Shown here: positions 37,735-51,952 of the stretch, in pieces
Position numbering within the stretch: position 1 is the stretch's first letter
How the letters are laid out: each line of letters begins with the position of its first letter
Origin: Amphiscolops sp. MND2022
Taxonomy: Eukaryota
Length of the DNA: 64,000 nucleotides
Direction: 5' to 3'
Assembly: GCA_964187785.1 (NCBI GenBank)
Contig: OZ076409.1
Location: forward strand, 17,672,001 to 17,736,000
Position numbers and translations under genes: made by a program
Notes under the pieces: generated by a model
What the model saw: only the letters and a program-made list of their open reading frames with translations
Databases searched by the model: none
What the model was told of the DNA's origin: nothing

Positions 37735-38944
37735 CCCTGGTCATTTTCCATGGAAATCCATGGATGAAGTAGACGTTCTCAAGGATGAATCATGCGATTC
37801 TGTCAGGCATTATTATCGACAACTCGGAACTTGGTGCAAAACTCCAGAGTAATTATGGGTGACATTGTTTCAAAACGTCACTACAGACAAACAGGATAAC
37901 CAATGGTGACTTTTTTTTTGCGAAATTAACAAAGCTATTAGCATTTGTTGTATACCGTGTATAACATTTAAAAAATTGAGCAAAACGGATTCAGTTATAA
38001 CATATTTGAGCTGTAATTCTTATGGGTTTGACAAAATAAAAGTAGTTAAAAATCAAAATAATCGCTTCGCGAAATGACGTGCTGAGACATTACGTAATTG
38101 AACAGGACCCTATCTGGTTCTTAGTTACTTCTTCCAGAAAAAAAATTGAACAGAACAACCCTTTCAGTTCTATCTTTACGAGCCTCCCATGATTGACCTA
38201 TCATGCAAATCATACTGTTTTCACATATGGAAACTAGCTGGCATACAAAAAACATCAAGTGTTCATGTCATGACTTCAATATGTTCCTTGTATGACTTGA
38301 ATGTTTTCCTTGAAAGAGTTTAGTAAAACTGTGATTATTTCTAAGAAACTTTTCGAATAGGAATGACTTTCGCCAGTTAAAGCTGAAGTTGGAGCCGGAG
38401 AACGCTTCATCTTGACCTTCAGTTTCGAAACATTGATGATTTTTGTGTACGCAAACTATTGAGAGGATGCAAAAGTATTCGACGTCTTTCTATATTAGCA
38501 TTAACTCTTTTGTTGCAGCTATCTCCCTTTTCAGGGAAATTTGTGCTTCGAACGAGATCAATTATGAAAAACTCAGCATCAGATACACCAAAATGGTAAT
38601 TGTGATGGTATTCTTACGTTTTTGATAAATATTGGTTAAGAAGCAGCCAACAACAAGTTCATCAACCTGGGCGTTAATTGGCTACGTTATGCTAATTTGC
38701 CATGTATATGAAACATTCAGTTCATAAAAGGATTATAACATGGGAACTTTTCGCTCCATAGCAGGAACATAGTATGGAAAACGCGTTTATCATAGAATGA
38801 CCATAGTGTGATCATTTTTGAATTGCATGGATTTGTTTTTTTGTTTGTGGGGTCTTGTATGACTGAGCTGTTTCACTGTTTCCATGAATCACCATATGAC
38901 GTTTCATGATATGAATGTTTTTTTTGTATGGAGGTTAACCCGGT
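37735..38944. mobile_element. Decayed CCC...GGG-type element(s) rich in CATG repeats; related ends at ~25130-25340 and 48478-48615
   Basis: CCCTGGTCA...CCATGGAAATCCATGG start. The TGTATGGAGGT(T/C)AACCCGG end is shared with 25321-25339. Confidence 0.4.
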
Positions 38945-39405
38945 TTCAAAGGTTTTTTCAATTTTTTTTACACTATGGTCCCTTTTTTAGAAAAAGACAT
39001 TGATAATTTTGAAATGACGTCGTACTTCCAGGATTTCTAGCCGTTTCTAGTTTGGTTGTTTCTAAATTTCAATTCCAGACGTCGGATGTCATAGTCCACT
39101 TCTTGAACGCAGTTTTACATCACATAAAAGTACATTCCTATACATACGTGCAAGTTTGACTAGTAAATGAAATAGTATTGATAACAAAAATATTTTAACA
39201 AGTACTTATTCGCAAAAAATATCCCAACGCCATTTTCAGTTGAAATATTTCCCTATATGATCCTAATGACCAAGAGATATTATTTTTGCTATTATCTTCA
39301 GCAACTCATATTGATTCACAAAACTAAAGGTTGCAAAGCTTTTTCGTGGGATTTCCTTGTGCCTTCCTGAGAAAACGGAAAAAGGGCTGTACCAATGCGC
39401 TTCTT

Positions 39406-40449
39406 CCCTAAGTTACAAAAATCACAACTCTTGCAAAATTCTTAAAAGAATTCTTGTAAGATGTTGTAAGAAAATGCATTTTTAGAATCTAACTCTTGCA
39501 AAAATCTTGCAAGATTTGCATTTTTCTGCTCTGAATGTTACAAAAAATGCATAAATCCGACCATTTTTTTTGCATTTCCTGCCTCAAAAAAATTGAACGG
39601 CTGCAAAAGAAAACTATCTGTACTCGAAAAATGACACAATTGCCCATATTAGAGCATCTAGATTTTATATTATCGGAATGCCTTATTTGCATCATTAGCA
39701 TTGTTTGATGTTATATTGTTGTAAAGCTTTCGCTTACAACATTAAAGCCCTGCGTGGGGTCAGTGCCTCTGAGAGAGCAATGTCCTCCATTCTCAGCAGT
39801 CTCATGACTAGTTGAAATGGGCTGGAGAAGAAATGAAACCGATAGTTGAATTTTGCTAGAATTTTCAGGGTTTTTATAGTTTTCAATATGACATTGCACA
39901 GGTGGTTTTGTAGTATTTTTACTGATTTTCTCCATCACAGTAGCTGACAGCAGGTTCGGGTTAGAACCGTTAGAAAGCCCTTGAAATGTATTTTCAATTG
40001 GTATCATGTTCATATTCCTATCATCATTAGCTGAAGAGTTCTCGGAGTTTTTGTCCGGAGTTTCATAGCTGGAATACGTTATAGTAATTTCTGGGGTAAA
40101 ATTGCATGTAAAATTTTCTTGCTCAAAATTAACAATTTGGAGCCTTTTGCTGGGATCCTGGGACAGTTTGTGCATTGTAAACGGCAACTGTGGCTGTTGT
40201 TGCTGGTAGTTTGATGATTTTTGAAGTTTTGGTCGAATTAACACATCACATTTTTTGTAAAAATTTCTTACCAAAAAAATGCATTTTTTGCAAAAATGTT
40301 ATCAGAATCTTGTAAGAAATGTTCGACATTGTAACAAATTTGCAAAATTTGCGATTCTTGTACAAACTTGTAAGATTCTTGCAAGAAATGCAAAGCTGAC
40401 GAGAATTTCGGAAGAATTTTGCAAGATTTGTGATTCTTGTAACCTAGGG
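39406..40449 (-). mobile_element. Non-autonomous DNA transposon (CMC/EnSpm-like), family A copy 1
   Basis: TIRs CCCTAAGTTACAAAAATCACAA / TTGTGATTCTTGTAACCTAGGG, subterminal TCTTGCAAGA repeats, 2-bp TSD TT. Confidence 0.85.
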
Positions 40450-42155
40450 TTGTTGATATTGAATAACTAAAATCGATTGAAAATTTTTCAGCAATTGATT
40501 GATTCTATTAGCCCAAGTATTGATTATTAATTTAGCGCATATGGTGGAGAGTTCCAAAAAAATTTTCCACGAATAAATGAAGGTTGAATTTTTCCAAAAC
40601 TCAAGACAAAATAAATCACGACTGCTCTCCATTTCAGTTTATCAATGCATCGATCAAACATTTGTTTTCTTGATTTTTTTTCTAATCCTAAAATTATTGC
40701 TCTTGGTTAAAATTCTAGTTTTTTCTTCTGTAATCTCGATTTAAATGGCCTTAAGGATTGAAATTCCAACTGCTTGAACTATTCTCATTTGAGAAAAAAA
40801 TAGATGCCGGTACGCAGCTTCATTTCCTCTTCAGACAGAAAAACATCGCTTTGTTTTCATAATTAATTTGAAACATTCTTCATCTTCTTAAAAGAAGCCA
40901 AGACAACACAGGCTCATTTCTAATTCATTTCAATACCATAGAGAGAACGATATGTTATATATACCGTTGAGAAGACACTGAGCTTAGAAAATAATCTAAT
41001 TTTAAAAAGTGGAATTTGGAGGCAGGAGCCGACTAAAGAAGGAATTGAATCACGGATTTTTTTCAGAGCGAACATTCTCAGTTGCTATCATAAATGTTGT
41101 TGTAAAATGCATGGATCATGCATGCAAGTTTTTCGTGTGATGAGTCACCTGCGATTTTCAGTTTACTTGCAAAAAAACCATCGATGTATCCTGTAAAATT
41201 TTAAACGCAACCTGAGGAAAGGTTGTTAGTGAGATTGCAACATCTGAGATGGCTCAAAAATAGTATTTTTGGGCAATTATTCGTCGATTTTTCGAGAAAA
41301 GGTGTCAAGAAACTGTTTGAATTACGTCATGATCAAAAGAATATGTCTGACAATCTATCTGCAAGGTACGTTCAGTATAGAAATCTGACTGGCCTTGAAA
41401 TTATAATAATGGTTATTGGATTCCGCCCGGCTACAGAAATATTTTCGTCAGAGATTTCTGAAGGTTCAAAATAATATTAAACTTCCTAAAATATAATAAA
41501 TGTGACATGAAATCCAATATAAATGTACCTGGATCGAAGGTGCTACTAATATTTCCAAAACGGTAGAACAACAATTTTACTTATTCTTACCCTCAAGATT
41601 GGTTGCATGGAAAAAGTGCAATTATGTATCATGGTGCAGTCATGTCTTTCATCCATTAATTCTTAAATGATAGTGAGTGAAAAGTGACTATCAATATGAA
41701 TAGTTTAAAAAACCCAAAAGTTTCGATATTTATGTTTGATTTTAATGCTTCATGCATATTTTTTCATGATTCAGAAACAGCGCTGTGGAAGGTTACGTAA
41801 CTATAAAGGAAGGCAACGTGTTGAAGATTTTTCTTGAAACCTTTTTTTTTGTTTTTAACATTTTTTTGAAATGTGAATTGACGATGTAAATGAACTCAGC
41901 ATATTTGAAAAAAAGTTTTCTAGCAAACAATGCTGTTTGCTCAAAAATTATATTTTATCATTTGCTTATACATATTTTGCAAGTTATTGCTCCACATATA
42001 TCAACTTCTGGTATTCCAAAACTACCAATTTTTCCCATTTATAATAAGCAACCGTTTTCATCGGAGACAGAATTAATTGAGTGCGCCGAATATTTGTATG
42101 ATGGCTAGCATTTCGATCTGCAGAATCTTCAAAATCATTATTGAAAGTGTCAGTG

Positions 42156-43061
42156 CCCTAGGTTACAAGAATCACAAATCTTGCTAAATTCTTCCGAAAT
42201 TATTGCCAACTTTACATTTCTCACAAGAATTTTACAAGTTTGTACAAAAATCGCAAATTTTGCAAATTTGTTACATTTTTTTACAAGACTCCGATAATAC
42301 TTTTGCAAAAAATGCATTTTTCGTAAGAAATGCTTCCAAAAAATGTGATATGTTATGTCGACCAAAATTTTAAAAATCATCAAACTACCAGCAACAACAG
42401 CCACAGTTGCCGTTTACAATGTACAGACTTCTCAGGATCCTAGCAAAAGGGTGAAAATGGTCAATTTTGAGCAAGAAGAAATTACATGCAATTTTACCCC
42501 AAAAATTACTATAACGTATTCCGGTAACCCACCACCAAACAACAATGCATTAATTTACACCAATGCAAAGGCAGCGTCTGACAGCTCAAATTACGACTCA
42601 ATGGGTAACTCTGGTTCAAAAATCGTTTCAAGCGACACACCCAATCTTGGAATCGAGCAAGTAAAGGGAAAAAACCCACTTCAGGAAAGTCAGTCTGAAA
42701 ACTATAATTCTACATCTCCAAGTGGTGAAAGTTCTGGAGCTATTACTGTTGCGAACTAAATGCATCGTACTACGCTTCTCAATTCTAGATGTTCTAGAGT
42801 AGAGAAGCTTTAATATGGGCAATTGTGTCATTTTTCCCGTTCAGATCGGTTTTTTAGCAGCCGTTTAATTTTTTGAGGCTGAAAATGCCATTTTTGTAAG
42901 AAATATGTCAGATTTATGCATTTTTTGTAAGATTCTGAGCAGAAAATGCAAATCTTGCAAGATTTTTGCAAGAGTTAGTTTCTAAAAATTCATTTTCTTA
43001 CAAGATCTTACAAGAATTCATGTAAGAATTTTGCAAGAGTTGTGATTTTTGTAACTTAGGG
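42156..43061 (+). mobile_element. Non-autonomous DNA transposon (CMC/EnSpm-like), family A copy 2, inverted relative to copy 1
   Basis: TIRs CCCTAGGTTACAAGAATCACAA / TTGTGATTTTTGTAACTTAGGG, 2-bp TSD TG. Confidence 0.85.
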
Positions 43062-43128
43062 TGCAAAAGCGAAACATCCATGATGTTCGGTTTCAAAAAT
43101 CGATGATTTTTACTGTTTTTTTTGTTAG

Positions 43129-43354
43129 ATTAAAAAATCTAGAGGAAGTGAAACGAGGGAGAGACGATAGGTGGTACGTAGTCAACTGGCCCCCCAATCA
43201 GGACTACGCGGAGATCATCTACAGACGCAAAGTGAGGGGCGCCTTCTACCAGAAGATGGAGTTGCAGCATTTCCCCGTCGACGTGCAGGCAATCAGTGTA
43301 CAGGTGAACACGGACCTCGACAACTCAGAAATATCACTCAAGGAGGATGACCAG
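43129..43354 (+). CDS. Exon of Cys-less pLGIC containing the beta6-beta7 (Pro) loop
   Basis: Poly-T TTAG| acceptor and CAG|GTAACT donor. The phase-2 join gives IWEPRLRLKN. YRRKVRGAFYQKMELQHFPVDVQAISVQV has the FPxDxQ motif without flanking cysteines. Confidence 0.9.
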
Positions 43355-43599
43355 GTAACTGATGACGTCACTGAATTTATAATGATTTCAACAGTTTGTT
43401 TGATCGTACGATACAAATGTTTGGGTGTTTGCAGATCGTCAGGGTTGTTCCAGTAAAACAAAATATAGTTCTCATTTTCGGTTCACAATTGAGCGCGTTT
43501 GAACCTTATTTGGGTTGTTCGTCGTACCTAAAATAGAAATAATAGTATATGTGGACGTAATCCTAAATAAATAGGGCGACCTAAATAAATAGAGCAGTA

Positions 43600-44148
43600 C
43601 CCTAGTTGAGACTGCAGGAACTTTTTACATGCTGCAGGCCTGCATGCAGGGTAATTGTTTATAAAACCTAGAAAATTCAGGGTAATTCAGGTGGTAAATC
43701 TTGTAGAATTACACTGCATTTTCCACTACTGCATTTAAATTTGAAAATAGATACAACATCATCACCGACACGACCTTATTGTATTTACAATTTGCTTTCT
43801 CAACTACTCATCTGATGTGATCACCGCGTCTCAAATAGGACGCTAAACATGACGGTATATTGCAGTTTATTAGGTGACTGAAGTAATTTTGCATTAAAAT
43901 GGCTGTTAAACTGAGAGCAATTTATTTGCTTTTAAAATTAGAACTGCTTCTTAATGAAACCTGCAAAACTTCAAGGCGTAAAATTGCCGCCAAAACTTTG
44001 ATGAATCTTTCAAGCAGCTTGATAAAAGTCGAATACAACAGGTAAATATTTTCTCATTAAAGTTTCCGTAAGAGTTTTAGAAAATCATAATAAAAGTTGC
44101 TGGCAACATTAAAGTACATGCAAAAAGTTCAAGAAGTTTCAACAAGGG
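43600..44148 (-). mobile_element. Non-autonomous DNA transposon (CMC/EnSpm-like), family B copy 2
   Basis: CCCTAGTTGAGACT...AGTTTCAACAAGGG, 2-bp TSD TA. Inverted homolog of 32690-33213. Confidence 0.82.
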
Positions 44149-44928
44149 TAGGGACAGTCGGACTAGAAGTGGACCTAAATTAATAACCAGTATAGCGCAC
44201 AGTGGACCAATTAGTGATGTCACAGGTATGAATGAAGTCAAGAGGTAATAAACCGGACTTATCAAGTATCGTCTAGTATAGTTAGAAAAGGGGTATTGAA
44301 GCAATGAGGACATGAGTCTGACAGTAACGTATTGCAATCTATTCGGTTAAGAAATGTAATGTAACGTGTTAAAAATACTTGTTTGAAGACACTCCTTCTG
44401 TCGCCTATCTGTCGCATTTCAATTTGCAGTCGGCGCTTTTTGAAGAAAACAACCAACTACAGCAGTTGTTTTTTTAAGAACATCGAACTGACAGACTTCT
44501 ATGAGCAATTCTAAGCAACTACCAAGTTCTAACTTAGTAACCTATAACTGCCAATTGACCTACAGGTTGAAAACGGGTTTCTTGAGGTCGGAGAAGCAGG
44601 AGTACATGGGTTCGAGTCTCGCATTAAACCGAATTTATTAATGCTTGCAAAAGTAAGGGGGAGACAAAAAGGGGAATTTTTGGCATTATGCGACTTTTTT
44701 CTGATTTTTTAAAAACCGAAATGTTCAGCAGAAACCTCATGCCCTAATGTTCAGCAGAAGCAAAACGTTCTTCGAGCATAGATGACCACTTTAGATGTTT
44801 TCGGCATCATGCGACAAACCGAAATTTAAAAACACGCTGAATTTATATGAAAAATTTGCCAAACTTTGTTTTTCTGTAGAGAAAAATCGTTTTCGGAGCC
44901 TTGAGGGTGAACTCTTTGTTCATTTCTG

Positions 44929-45575
44929 CCCGGGTCGACCCTCCAATGATATCTTAGTAAGATCTTGGCAACATCTTGCCAAGATCTTGGAAAAATCTTA
45001 GCTAAGATCTTGCCAAGATATTGCCAAGAATTGCAAGATGTCATGGTAAGATCTTATCAAGAGAGCCATGTTCTCAAGAAAAATTCTATTGAAAAATCTA
45101 TTTGACCAGAGAAAAATCTGAAAGGAAGTCAACAAAAATCAACATCTATGCAGATATACATTGTTAGACATGATTTTCTGTAAGCAAGGTATAAACTTTG
45201 ATTGAAGAGTCCTGATGCTGTTTATTTAGGGATTCACTGATTAAACTGTTCTATCAATTGCAAAACTGTCGCCTACAAAAGTGTCAGAAAAGCCTCGAGC
45301 TGAATAATTGCCCAAACCGGGACGAGTAGAAATAGTCGTTTTTGGGTGAAATGAGCCTTTATATTGAGTCTCGACTGCTCGTATCGAAGGTATAACGTTT
45401 TTTATAATCTTATAATTTTGTCCATCGTGATGAGATACGATGTTGGAATAATATAGTATCTTGGTAAGGTCTCAATAAGAATCTTGCCATGGGATCCATG
45501 GTTGCCAAGATGTATAAAGAATTTGGCAAGATCTTGCCAAGACAGCCAAGATGCTAGTAAGAGGGTCAACCCGTG
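44929..45575. mobile_element. MITE-like CMC/EnSpm-type element, family C
   Basis: TIR CCCGGGTCGACCCTC / GAGGGTCAACCCGTG, subterminal AAGATCTTG(G/C) arrays at both ends, 2-bp TSD TG. Confidence 0.8.
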
Positions 45576-45979
45576 TGATCCTGTAGAAATGATGAGTTTT
45601 CTTAGTGATAGTGGAAAAGACCTGCGGTTTTTCGGCTCTGTAGGACCTTTTTCCGGAAAAAAAAATCCATATAGTAAATGAGTACACCCCTCAGTTTGAT
45701 AACTAAGTTGTACTTTCAAAATTAGTTTTGCGAATTGAAAGCTCCTCGGCACTATGAGTTTTTATCCGAAGAAAGAACTTCCCAGAAATGATTTATCGTC
45801 AAAAAAATCGTCACAACAAAATTTCCAGTTGTCGTAAAAGTGGTTTCCGAGTCTTGAACGTATCATTTTGGGTATTCCAGTGCAAGTTTTCATTCTTCAG
45901 TCACTCTGAAGCGTCCACTTTTCAAATTAAATACTAAATTATGAGTGGCCTTTTGGTCAGGCCGTTAACTCATATTTCC

Positions 45980-46810
45980 AGGCCTGGTGACAGTGGCCTG
46001 AGGAGCAAGAGTACGTGGGTTCGAGTCCCACCTAAGCCAAATTTGTCTTACGCTTGCAAAGGTGTAGTATAGACCAAAGGGTCCCACCTTGATGTTTTTT
46101 TGTTTTTTCTTCCGAGATTTTGTTTCGCAATACTTGGTTCTCTCAAAGACCTCTTCGGTAATGTTTTGCTCCTTTCTGACAGTTGATAGTTTTCTCAATA
46201 GCAACTGTGCTAAAAATCTTCTTTTTATTAGGCACTGTGCGCATTTTCCTCGAAACTTTTTTTGCCAAAACCTTGATTTAAACAAATTTGCGAATTCGAG
46301 ATGTCTCCGTTAGGATTTTTGACGCGATGAGACGTTCTCAGAAAAAATTATTTTGTGAATGTTTTTCACGATTTATGTTTTTTGATATATCGAATTAGAA
46401 ATAAAGCGATTTTCGAATCGTATGGGTAACTCCTTCTGGTAAATTTTGGTGCTAAAAGTTTGATAAATCTTTCACAATAGTGTCCGTTCGCATCTGCAAA
46501 CACTTTCACTTTCCGCATTTCGAACTTTGAGTAGAGTCCTACTGGGGCAGTTTCTGGCTTGTTTTAATATTCAGTTGCGATTTCTAATGTTACAAGTGCG
46601 GGAGCAAAGTGTCCCCTTTCAGTTTTTTCGGCATTGTGAGACTTTTTTTGCGAAAAATTTTTAATGACTCCAAAGGGTCCTCCCTTCACTTTTTTTGATG
46701 TTTTGCGACAGAAATGTTGAAAAATCCTATAGGGTCCCCTTTTTTAGCGCGCCAGCGGGCCACGGCGCGCCAATTCGGTCCAATTTTTTGGTTTTTCGGG
46801 TACTGTAAAA
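45980..46810 (+). mobile_element. Cluster of Helentron/DINE-1-like fragments
   Basis: Family core (TTCGGCATTGTGAGACTTTT, AAAGGGTCC, GGCGCGCCAATT) and a GGCTTGTT 3' end at ~46563. Confidence 0.55.
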
Positions 46811-49800
46811 GGATTTGTTATCTGACTTGAACAAGCGAGCCTAAATTTGATTTTGTAGAACATTAGGTTTTCTCACCTCTATGTCATTTCACGTTATATC
46901 CCCAACTTTTTCTATTTCAAATTTTTCACGATGGCAAAATTCTTTTGCAGAATAGGCAAATCTACTGCATTGTATATATTGAAAATTTTTCGGCATTGTG
47001 AGACTCGATAATATTTTCAAAATACAAAAAAAAATGTTTTTGGTACCAAATTAATTTGTTCGTCAATGTCATACGGTGTCATACCGTGTCCGATTTATTC
47101 GGTCCATGCTGTGTCATCCACAAAACTGACAAGACCAAGTAGTTCTGAATTATTCTATTCATATTCATGTTGTCAAACTTACTTGCAACAGATAAATTTC
47201 TACTGAATTATTTTATCAGAAATTTGTTACTGTCATTTAGAAGTTTAGAAAGGTCTTTGTAAAGTGAAAATTTACACTTTACAAAGATATTTTTAACCAT
47301 TTTTCAAAAACGGTTAACCCTTTTTATTATCCCAGCTGAAATAGTAATGCTCGTTTTTAATCCTTCCATTATTTCGATCTTGCTTCTTGCAAAATATCAT
47401 TGTTCTAAAAGATGTAGCTCCTTTGGGCCTTTTTCAATCTGAAATATTTTCACAAAGGTTTGAAAACGGTGAAAAGCAACTACGCAGCACTGACTCGTGA
47501 CTTGAAAGCCATCTCAAGGAGAAGATGGTCAAGAGAAAAAAGAGTATTCGGAGATTATTCTGGCCCTTGGGAAAAACCACTTCTGAAGAAATCATCCTTC
47601 AGTGGGTTTTATTTTGAAAGAATGACATTTGAAAGAATTTGCGTCATCAAAAAGCATTCACGCGTGAAAGCGTTTTCCCAAAAGGGAAGAATTTCGGCAT
47701 GAAATAAATGTGACTGGAAGAAAAGAAACTAACTGAATGAACGTTAATTGTTTATTCAACAGTGATTTGCAAAGAAGATTTTTATATTATTGACAAACAT
47801 TGTTAGTTCGCTCAGGATTAGTTTAGATTAAAATGGATTGAAGTTACTCTAAAAGCTCGAAGAGTTCAAAGTTTCTTTAAAAACGGATAAATTTTTAATG
47901 TTGAATTATAATCAAGAATTATATATTGAAAATCTATTCCTTTTTGAAGAATCATTGAACTCTTAGAGATTTTAGAGTAACAAAAATTATTCAATTCATT
48001 TCAACCTTAATTCGAGCTGCAAAAAAAGTAACTTTTTCTGAACTCAGATGTCACGCTTGTTTGAATCTCAATTTTAATTTCCGACGTCATCTGGAGGTTT
48101 TAAATAATTCTAGAGTCAACTCGTTGAAAAATAAGTACTTTATCATTAACCATGTACTTTTAAGAACCCTGAAATCAGTTGTAATGATTGCCTTTGTAAG
48201 TGTAAATTATCAAACTCAAAGCTACCCTTGTACATGGCGTGTAATTTTCAAGTATTCGATGACGTCAAAATGACCTAAAGTTAGCTTTCGTGAAAAAGAA
48301 GAGTAGAACAAAAAATGTTCAGATACCAGATTGGCCTGTTTATAATCCACGTTTATAAAACATGGGAAAACTCCAATAAAAATCACAAGAAAAGATTCAC
48401 CCAATGTGAAATTAGGAAACCCTTGAAATATTGAAGGCAGTTTTGGCTATCGGAACGGCCCGTTTCAAATTTTTTAGCCATGGCTCATGGATTTCCATCC
48501 ATGATCATCCATGAGATCATGGCTACCATGCCAAGATCATGGAATGATTCTCGGCATGGTGGGTCCATGAATCATGGATGAATCATGGATGGAAATCCAT
48601 GAATGGTCAACCTGGGATGGAACGCGGTTAATGCAGTGACAGGAGTATTTGCCCTACCTTAACTCACAGCCTTTGAGTTTTAAGCAAGTCATTTATACCT
48701 ATAGCCTATATACCCATATAAATGACCAGCTATAGCTGGCTGATGTTGGCATGAAAAAGTAACGCCTTTGCCCGATGAAACTATAATCGAAAAGCAACCT
48801 TGACTTTTTTTCACTTTTTTGCTTTGACCAGTCGACCATTGCTTGACTTAGTTAAAAAATGTTCCAATGCTTGCTATAGGGGTGAAGTATTCAAAAGAAA
48901 AACAGATTCAGGGGAAATGAATTTTTTTGATGTATATTGATATTTTCCACAGTAGATACTCTTTTCAGAGAGGCTATTGTCTCAATTGGCGACAGTGTGT
49001 AACCACCTTGTCGCCACAGAAAATCTCGAGTCTTTGAAGTTAAGCAAATATTGTGTTCGAAAAGGTGCCCCTATATATTACATAATATTTGCATAACTTA
49101 ATGCATTTATAATTTTAGGTTTTCAGCGTCAGATTGATCGGCTATTCTTCTCATTCGCATGAAGAAATTAGTTTATATGTTCAAAGTTTTCATACATGAA
49201 AACAAGGGTTCTTTAGAGATGCAATTAAGTTGTGAAAGAATGTTCGAGAGATTGTGGAATTTTTGCTTTTGATTAATTAGTTTCATTGCATTCTTTAGGT
49301 GTGTGAAAATGCCCAATTATTTGAGAAACTTCGTCGAATGCGGAAAATCCCGAAATTTCGTCGTCAGAAATTTTGTCGTACTTCTAAACGTAACAACGTC
49401 GACTAATACAATTCATAGAACTAAGCGCATAATTTAATTGAAATCTTCAGAACAAGCTTCAATTTGACACTTCCATTGACGTCACTAACAGCAAGAGCAA
49501 AAATTAAATTGCATTCAACTAACCCAACAAGACAATTGCTAGGCAACAAGAAATTTCCCATTCCGAAATATATTAGCAACATAAACGTCACAAAGGCGAA
49601 AAATTTTCGAAAGTGGTCGGTATTTCAAGAAAGAAGAGTTTATTTGATTAGAGTCTTTGCATAAATACCGAAATACATACGAATTGACACAAAAGAAACT
49701 AATCTGGATTGGAAAAGAGCCTATTGACTCGCCAATGATTAAGCCCGGAAGAACCAATTTCATATAGTGTTTTACAATGATGTTCTGAAACGATTTTCGC

Positions 49801-50229
49801 CCTCAAAGATATTGCTTAAGTTAAACACTGCTACCCAAAAAACTTCAAAATCAGCATAATTTTTTTTCCAAAGTAATATGCAGAGAGAAAAGCTTGTTAT
49901 CGACTACATAGTTCGATGGACTACTTGTGATAAGCTTGTTTACTTGATAACGTGATAGTGTCCTCAAATCTATTAGTGTCAATTTTGCTTCCATTAACCA
50001 AATGTTGGTTAGACGGAGGAAATTTTCTAGGGACCGCCTTTTTAGAACAGTCCGACTGTATTGCACCGGCATGAATTTTTTCATATTCCATCGAATCCTA
50101 TGTGTTCCCATGCTACTGATCTGAAGCACTATGAAAAACTTAGGGGCTTCCAAACTAAGCTGCTTGAAACGCTCTTCGATGTTCTCAACAATGAAAAGTT
50201 CAAAAGTGTCAAGATTCCGTTCGTTCAAA

Positions 50230-51940
50230 GACAATGACATACGTATTTGAAGTGCTCATTGGAAAAAACTGCTTGCAAAATTCTTCGTTGCGCTTTTTCA
50301 GTTTTCGACGACTTTTCGTTTGCAGCAGTATTAGTATTAGTATTAGTATTCCACAACCAATTCTGGATCTTCACAAAAAAACTTTTATAAAATCATTAGA
50401 CGTTTTTGGGCATACAAAAGAACTAGACGATAAATAATGCAACTATATTATTGGAAATTTTTATATCGTAATCAATCATGATGTTGTCTCTGAAACGCAG
50501 CGTTATTCCCCTTAAGCACCTTGAAACTTGAACGCATTCGAATAAGGCAAACAATTGGCCTAATTAGAACTTTCACTGCGGTGACCGCATGCAGAAGCAA
50601 TTGTTTCGAATTTATCTTTGTTTATAAGACGTTTATTTGTTCCTACCTGATTGAAACAAAAAAACGTTTTGTTTTGAACCTATTTTCGTTGTATCATCTG
50701 CAAACATCGCGTTTATACAATTCCCTATACCCAATTGAATACCATAAATCACCAAATGAAAAAAATTGGGCCCAAAATTGTACCCAAAATTGAGCACAGG
50801 GGCACACCTTACCCATTTTGTTTTTTTTTGCAAAACCGGTTATAACTGTTGAACTGCTTACGATCTGAAAGATAATTTTTAACAATTTTGAATTTCGTCA
50901 TCCAAAGCCATAATCTAACAAATTGTTCAAGGAAGCAATGATCCAACCTATCACAAGTTTATTGCAAAGCAGTAAAGCAAGCCTGTCCTTGTGCGTTTTT
51001 AGCAATTTCATCACCAATGAATTCTTTTACTGCATCAACACAAGATATATTGTTTCTGAATCGATGATGCAGGTGAAAAATCAGATTATTTCTCTCGGTG
51101 AATTGTAAGAATCGTTGTGTAGGAGTTCATCAAAGACTGAACTCAAAAATTTTCAGCAGGCTAATTGGACGATATTTTCTGGGACCGTGTTTCTCCCCTT
51201 TCTAAAACAATTATACAACTTTGGCAGTTTTGAAATAATTTAAGGAATACACCTTCATCTATACCTTTATCAGTGGGAGGTTCGAGATGATGTCCAATAT
51301 TGAGAGAGCAGCATTTCATAACTTCATCACTGATCCCATCCTTTCCACAGCTTTTCTGGTTTTTCAATGCTGATATTCGTAACTTCGAACTCTCCAGTGG
51401 GTACAAGAAACAAAATTTCGTCACACAGTTTGTTGCCGGAAGTGACGCAGTTTTTGGTAGGCTGGATGATAATGATGACCCAATTGTTACAAACGGTCTT
51501 TCAAATCTTCTAATTTTAGAAGTTGATTGGGTTGCTGATCATTGTTTTTCAATTTGTGTTTTTTGCTTGACCATAGAGTGTTTAAAGTCAGATTGGCTGA
51601 CTGAGTTACCATTAGGTTTCACACGATTTTCAGCCGATGTCTTTTCGTAACTTTGCTAGGAAATATGTTAGGAAAAAATTCAATGCAGTGTGTCCTGTCA
51701 GAGTTTTTGTGTTCTTTATCATTGTCAGGTTTGAAACAATTTTTGTATCGAATGAATGTTCCTTGGTAAAATAAAGCAAACAGAAATTGATCACTGAAGT
51801 TAAAGGAAATGGGTTCAGTGCTAACCCCATTTTGGGGTTTCGTGTAATCATTGCAATTATCAGAAGTAAGCCTGACCCTTGTCGGTAATTCATTTTGTAT
51901 TTTAAAGTCATACGCTTCCAAGCGAGCTACATATTTCTTA
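50230..51940 (-). mobile_element. Decayed LINE (CR1/L2/Jockey-like) ORF2 relic
   Basis: PTRV...SDNC (APE end), ISALKNQKSCGKDGISDEVMK, DEGVF and MFADDT in the expected order on the minus strand. Confidence 0.75.
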
Positions 51941-51952
51941 TTCCAAGCTATT

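Noticed and set aside
45985..46035. tRNA or SINE head (GGTTCGAGTCCC B-box; similar at ~44608)
   Set aside because: No cloverleaf or A-box can be built; embedded in repeat fragments.
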